Of a stretch of 64,000 bases of DNA, positions 57,109-64,000 are shown piece after piece; the stretch's first letter is position 1; every line of letters begins with the position of its first letter. A program made the position numbers and the translations under genes. This DNA is from the human T2T-CHM13v2.0 reference genome, Homo sapiens. Under the pieces are notes generated by a model that saw nothing but the letters and a program-made list of their open reading frames with translations, made no database searches and was not told the origin of the DNA. The DNA lies in the NCBI RefSeq assembly GCF_009914755.1, contig NC_060933.1; one strand, written 5' to 3'.

Positions 57109-57940
57109 ACTAAAGCTGTGCAACTTTCCCTCCTATTCCCCAGTTGCAAAATACATTAATATAATGAAGGGGCTTTCTCACCCCTCCTTTATCCTTATTT
57201 GGATTTGTTTGTTCACATACTTATTAAACTGTATTGACCACCTACTGTGGGTCTAGGCACTCTGCTGGGAGCAAAAATGAAAATGATGTGACCCTGCCCC
57301 TCACAAGCAAAGGCCCAACATTGTGGGGGTCTCAGGAAGACCTCTAAGGATGCTGCCAGCAAAAAGAGAGAGAGGTGATACTCTCAAATTAAGCAGGTCA
57401 AGGAGAGATTAATAGAGCACCTATTTACAAAAGTATAGGCAAAGTAAAGAGATATCTCAAGGGATAGTGCAGAACCCTAGGCGCTAAGGAAGAATAATCT
57501 TCTTACAATACGTATAGGCATTCCTTATTCTTGCTAGGATAATCAAACTTGGTTCGAATTAAGCTTTTCTATTTTGAAAATGTTTACTGCCAAGTCCACA
57601 TATGTGAATGCCCCAAGATTTTGTTTTTAGTAAGCGCTAGGGAAGGGCATTTTCACAGTGTCTTGTTTTTCCCTTGGTTCCTTTTCCATCAACATCAAAC
57701 ACTTCTTGTTAACAGTAGCCTTCTTTATTGATTTCAGTTACCTTCACTGGAAAATTCTCAAATGCGTTTTACTCCTGTTAGCAGCTTCCCCAAGGACTTC
57801 ATTTTTATGCCAACCACTTCTCTTCTTAAAGTGATGAAACCATCTATTGCTTGCAATGAACACCTTTTCCTCCATATCATCAAGAGGTTCTCATTTTCAA
57901 TGTCTCAGAGACATGCAGAAAGCATCCCTTGGCTCAGAGG

Positions 57941-58430
57941 TGTGTTAATTATCTATTGCTGCATAACAACTTACCCTCAGAACTTAAGAGACTTCTTAAC
58001 AATTATTATCTCATGGTTTCTGTGGGGCAGGAAATCAAGAAAAGTTTAGCTGGAGAGTTCTGGCTCTGAGTCTCTCATGACATTGTAGCCAAAATGCTGG
58101 ATGGGGCTGCAATAATCTGAATTATGCTTGAATGGGGCTGCTTCCAAGATGGCTCACTTACATGGCTTTTGACAGAAAGACCAAGTCCCTCACCCTGCAG
58201 GCCCTTCCACAGCTGCTTGATGCCATTATGTTGTCTTCCTCCGGGGGAATGACGTGAGAAAGAAAGGCTGAAGTTGCAGTGCCTTTTATGAAGTTACCCA
58301 CCATGTGTCCAACATGTGCTTTCATTGGAAGTGAGTCACTAATTCCCCATACTCAAAGAGAACAGAATTAAACTCTACTTCTTGAAAGAAGGAGTATCAT
58401 AGAATGTGTGGACATTCTTTAAAGCCATCA
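57941..58430 (-). mobile_element. MLT1F-like LTR
   Basis: TGTGTTAATTATCTATTGCTGCATAACAAC...CTTCCAAGATGGCTCACT...GGAAGTGAGTCACTAA. Confidence 0.8.
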
Positions 58431-61400
58431 TTAGTAGTATGTGGATTCACCGCTCAGGCATTCATTGCATCAAAAGACTTACTGTCTCATAAGTCAGTTC
58501 ATTATGTTTTCTCATCTCTTAATTTCAACTGATTGCATTGACCTGGTGCCCATCACCTCACCACCAGCCTTGGAGGTCTTTTGATTACTAGAGGAATATC
58601 TTTCATAATGAGAAAGCACATAAAAGCAAGGGATAAAAATAGAGCCATATTAAGGGTAAGAATCTATATTTATCTATTATAAAGCCAATATTAGTATCAA
58701 CAAAGGACTTTACCAAGTGCCCTGCTGAATAAGAATTTCAAATGCCAGTTTCTTCAGAACTAAGCCCAACCTCTTGGAGGGTTCACTGAATTAGTCAGTC
58801 CCTCTAGGCTATGTTTAATAAAAGATTTATCAACAGATACATGAGAAAACACAAAGGAGTTGTGATAAACTTTAGGAAATCAACAGTCTTGCCACATATG
58901 TGCAGAATTCTAGAAAATGGTCCTTTACAAAGGTAAAAGATGAGATGGGGCAGAATGAAAGAGAAGCACTCATGTTGACCAATGACCTACTAGGAAGGAG
59001 TGTGGCACTTTCGCTCCTACATTCTATTTTGCATTCATGACAGGTTGTGGTGATTGTCTCACTCTCACCATCACCACCACCCAGAGCATTGCAGCTGTTA
59101 AGTAGAATAGTAATATGCCTATGTTGACATGGAGTGTAATGAGGTGTAGGCTTGTAAAACAAACCACTGGTGGAATGAGACTGTGGGTTGGTTTTAGTAC
59201 TTTTTTCATTGTCTTGCACAGTGGAAAGAGCATCCCTGCTTCACTCTCCGTCTGCAGGATCACAACTAAAATAGTTCTTACTATTTGGTTTTCCAGGGAG
59301 AAAGAAAGAATAAGACTTACAGAAACATGACATGATTATAAAGACTTGACAGACTGTCCTGTGGGCCTTTGATAAGGAAGGAAAGTTTAAATTAGTAGTA
59401 AATACAAGGCTTTATGATCTCTAACAGATGTCCAATCAATAACTGCCTTTCTCAATCCATGTATCTATTGTTTGGGCAGAAAGTACCACTTCTGTATTCT
59501 GTGTTTGCAGCTACAGGATAGAGAATCTCTAACATTTCTGATCAGTGGGGCCCTACCAAGCCTCAACTTTCAAATTGAAACCAGTAAGGGCAATATCAGT
59601 TTATTGATATAAGGGGATTTAGAGTGCATCTATTCATCTCTTAATTTCAACTGAAGGATCTCTAGAATACATACAATTTATCATAGTGGATGTGAGACAA
59701 ATACTTAAATGCATAATTTACAAAGTATGATGGAGACCTAGTTCCATGACGCCTGACCCCTCCAACAATATCAAAGTCATAAACAAGGACATCATGTAAA
59801 CAGAATAAGGATGTTTCTTTGGAAAGAGGTGTTGTCATTCTTAGTCTCTAATTCCTTATGGGAGTGGGAAAGGAGCGTTGCCTTCTTTACCTAAATCCCA
59901 GTGAAGAACACTTTTGTGGGACCACTTGGAGCCCCTCAGGGAACTTCCTCTTCCTTAGAGTTGCAAATGCAGAAATAATTTTTTTTTTAAATCAGCTCCA
60001 TAGTTTACATTAATGTCTTCTCCTAGACATTCTGGTTACTGGACTGAGATCATTTTCATGACTCAAAGTTACTAGAGGGATGTCTATTATCTAAGAATGA
60101 CTGAAAAAGTCCAGGAACTTGCAAAGTTTTCATCCAGGAACATTATAAAAATTCCTCCAAAATATATACTTTAAAGGTGAAGTGGGAGACAAAAAAAATG
60201 CACTTGTGTTTGATTACATCACAATTTGTGCTTGTTTAGTATGTCAGTTATGTATATAATGAGACCAATGCCTTTCCCACATAAAATTAGACCAGCTCCA
60301 TCCTACTGGAGATGCAAATTCTCACAATATCAAGCCAGAGTGAAGAACACTCAAAACGCCAAACTCCTAAGATTAGAGATGTCCATCTTGATGTCTGTTG
60401 TTGGGGCCTTCAGAGTTGGGCAAGATTAACCATGAATTGGTGGTCATGGAGACGGAATGACTAGGATTTAAAAAGGTTCCTGACCACCTCACTGATGTCT
60501 TCAGTTCTGCAATTAGATATATACTTCTTCCATTTATGGGTTTATTTCCTTTTAAATGTAAACTACTCTGGATATTTCCCCCTCTCATGTTTTCTTATCT
60601 TTTTCCCTTAACTGATTATGATAATGGACACATTAAGCCTCATCTGCCCTACATAACTCAATGTAAATGACTTTATTAAATCCACTATTGAAAGGAGATT
60701 TTTAAAGGAAGAACAGAAATGAGGATACCAGTCTAAGAGAGAAGGAAAGGAAATAAGAGGTCCTCTAAGGGAAAAAAGGAAAAGAAGACTAATAGGCAGA
60801 CAATAAACTTTACTCTCAGAACAATTTTACCCAGGTCTGGACCTGAAAGTGGGACCCAATGCTTAGCACCATGGTGTCTCTTTCTGTTTGAGGGGTACCA
60901 TGACCCACCTCACAGACCACCAGACAGTTACTCATTTAAACAAGAGCGGATGCCATAAATGCGTTTCACGGTATTTGATGTCAATAAATTATAAGTCATT
61001 TCCTGATAGAATGGTTGGAAATGAAATGAATTGTAAGATGAGGATGAAAATGAAAGGAAGCAAGATCTCTCTCCAAAATGAGAGCGGACATGATCACATA
61101 AGGCATTGCCCTGGTCATGACTCTAAAGCTGGAAAAGTTATCTTAGTGTTTGGCATCCACACTCAAGTACCTTCTCCTTTTGATGCTCTCTCCAGTCCTC
61201 GGTAGCCTGGCAAAGGAGTCAAGTGGCTCTTGAAGAACCCTCTGAGAGGCTAACAATGGGGTTGTGCTCAGCCCAGAAGATGAGGAAGCAGAGGGTCCTC
61301 ACTGGGTGTGTGTGGTTCCTCATCTGTCACCTCAGGACAATGAATGGAGCACACCAAAAACATTGTTTGAGAGATCTCAATTGGACCACAAAAAAGCACA

Positions 61401-62691
61401 TTCTTCCACTGTTATTTCCTGGAAATAAGAGTTATTCATCAACGGAAAAGGGTGATTACATGATGCTTAAAAATAGAAAATATCACCAGCATTATCCAAG
61501 GTTGCATTCCGTTTTTCTCTTCTTTCTCATCTTCTCAACAATAATTTTATTCTCTAGCTTAGTAGTGGGTGTGGCTTCAGTGGAAGGCCCATGTGATCTC
61601 ATTAAAGGATACAGCTCATTGAAGAGCACCCCAGACCCAACTGCTTCAGCCTTTCTGGCCCAAGATCCTGCCATTGCTTCCAAAATGTAAGAATTGGACC
61701 AATTTGTCACAGAGATGAACCAACTTCTAGCAGGAATATGTGCTTGAAACTGTTATGTGTGGCAAGGGCTGGAGAAACTAACAGAGTGTACCATTAGTTT
61801 CTCCAACACTAAGGCCCCATATTTCTTTCATGTTGATACCTGAGGTTGGCTGAGGATGTGTTCCGCATTTTCATATAAGTTATGTCTCAGATACCAGCTG
61901 GATGTTTGTGAGGTAAGTGATGACAGTTTCATATCCACAATTATTCACCTCAAGTTGCTCTTGGGCATCTGTTACAGATTTAGTCTATTCTTTTTTATTA
62001 CTGTTATTATCGCTCCATGTCAGGAAGAGTGTGTAGACAGAATATTGACTTGACAGCATTAATAGCTAAAATATGCAGCATTGTATTAAGAGAGAAAGTG
62101 GTTTAGCACAAAACTCACAGGGTTGGAGGAGAGTTTAGGAGTTCATTGTGCCAGAACATGAGGCAAGGCCATTCTTAAGCTGCCTTAGAGAGAAAGAGTA
62201 ATGTTGTTTGGGATGGTTAAATTCTCCCTGGGAAAACCACTCTAGCGAAGAAATGACTTAACTGGAATTAGGCTACAGGGAGGCTGCCCTGGGAAATAAA
62301 AGCAATGTCTGTAAAAGAGAACAAATTTTCCATGTGATTAAAATATATAAAGAGATCTACTAAAGAGGGAATTTAGAGATCTAGAAGACTATTCACAAGA
62401 AATTTGGGATGAAACTGAAATGATTAAACCACAGCATCATAGAATGTTAAGGTGTAAGGAACTCTAGAGGTGATAGGATTCAACTTCATTTTGTAAATGA
62501 AGACCCACAGAGTTGTGTAAAAAAATGGATACCCTCAGAGGTTAAGTGGTTGGCCTAAGGTCAAATTGTGAAATATTGGCTGAGCTGCAACAAGAATCCA
62601 TTTCTGCCCCAAAATATCTTTACATAACAGCTGTTAAACACAGAGAGATCAAGTTCATTTGAGATCGAAACACATTTATATTGACTTTTTT

Positions 62692-63000
62692 TGTATCAGT
62701 CAGGGTCCAATTAGAGAAGCTGAAACCATGCTAGACATTTCAGAGAGTAGATTTAATACAAAGAATGGATTGTACGACTGGAATACTGAAAGAGCAAAAT
62801 GAGGCTGCTGGAGTAGCCAGATATTAGAAACTTCAGCATGCAGTTACCACCCCTGGAATTGAGGGAACAAAAGAGATGGAATGGGATGTTCAAAACTCAG
62901 GAGCTTGCCGGAAGGACCCCTCTGTCTCCCCACATCAGGATTACAGGGCAAAGTACAGAACTCTGGGCTTAGGTCTCTGTCTACTAAATATATTATTCTG
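62692..63000 (-). mobile_element. old LTR (LTR78-like)
   Basis: TGTATCAGTCAGGGTCCAATTAG...GAAACCATGCTAG...ATTTAATACA. Confidence 0.45.
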
Positions 63001-63451
63001 GAAATGCAAAGAATAATAAGCTAGAGGAAAAGCTAGCAGGGAAGATTTCACACTTACTCTGGGAACCTGAAGAAGGGGCTTCTCAGAATAACATTGTTAA
63101 GACCTGCTTCAGACGGTGAGCCTCAAGTCCTCCAAGCCCACCATGAGATCTTGCACCCTGGGCACGACCTTAACCACAAGCAACAGGCAGTGCAACACTT
63201 GAAATTACCCTGCTGCAGGGCAAACAAAGGAAAGAAATGTCTGCCTCCTGTTCATAGGGCTGATGCTGTAGTCACGGGGAAGGCTGCCTTTTCACACCTG
63301 TGCCCTCAACACCGTTACTCAGATTGGTTTAGCCACGCAAGGCAGGCTAGAGGAAATGAGAAAGTGTGTGGCTAGAGGAAGCCAGCTTCCTGCAGAAACT
63401 GACCTGACTGCCTAGAGATCTCATGCGCAGTGTTTAAGATGAACTGAGCTG

Positions 63452-63837
<386 letters not shown>

Positions 63838-64000
63838 CTAGGGACTCTGCCATAAACCTGGCTGGATGAATAGGGCCCTAAAGTACTATTAGAACTATAA
63901 TTAATCAATGATAAGTATTTTCTTGCACATTTTCTTCAATACCCTCTAACATTTCTAGGTCAGGTACTGTGATCTTTCCAGTTTACAGCCATATTCATGG

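Overview
This is primate, most likely human or great-ape, genomic DNA (AluY and an L1PA2-type 3' end are present). It is AT-rich and CpG-poor, with no CpG island and no intact protein-coding gene that I can recognise, so it is intergenic or deep intronic. Much of it is interspersed repeat: Alu, L1PA and L1M, MIR, L2, THE1/MST/MLT and MER34/39 LTRs, MER5, MER82 and a ~1.5 kb hAT transposase fossil. The only gene-derived sequence is a UBE2V1 processed pseudogene (32397-36277, +, 18-bp TSD), apparently copied from an exon-2-skipped mRNA. An antisense L1PA7-like element interrupts it, with a probable 3' transduction, a fold-back inverted duplication, a 334-bp tandem duplication and a much younger two-piece templated insertion identical to its donors. 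The repeat annotation does not explain a recurring pattern of local self-copying. There are two unrelated ~90%-identical long inverted repeats of apparently unique sequence: 17089-17231/18437-18580 and 52709-52893/53726-53910. Their spacers are ~0.83-0.89 kb once an Alu is subtracted from the first. Several short templated insertions were also copied from 1-2.3 kb away. All alignments were done by eye, and repeat family names and the UBE2V1 structure are from memory. I cannot show a new biological system from sequence alone; the inverted-repeat cassettes are the best candidates.
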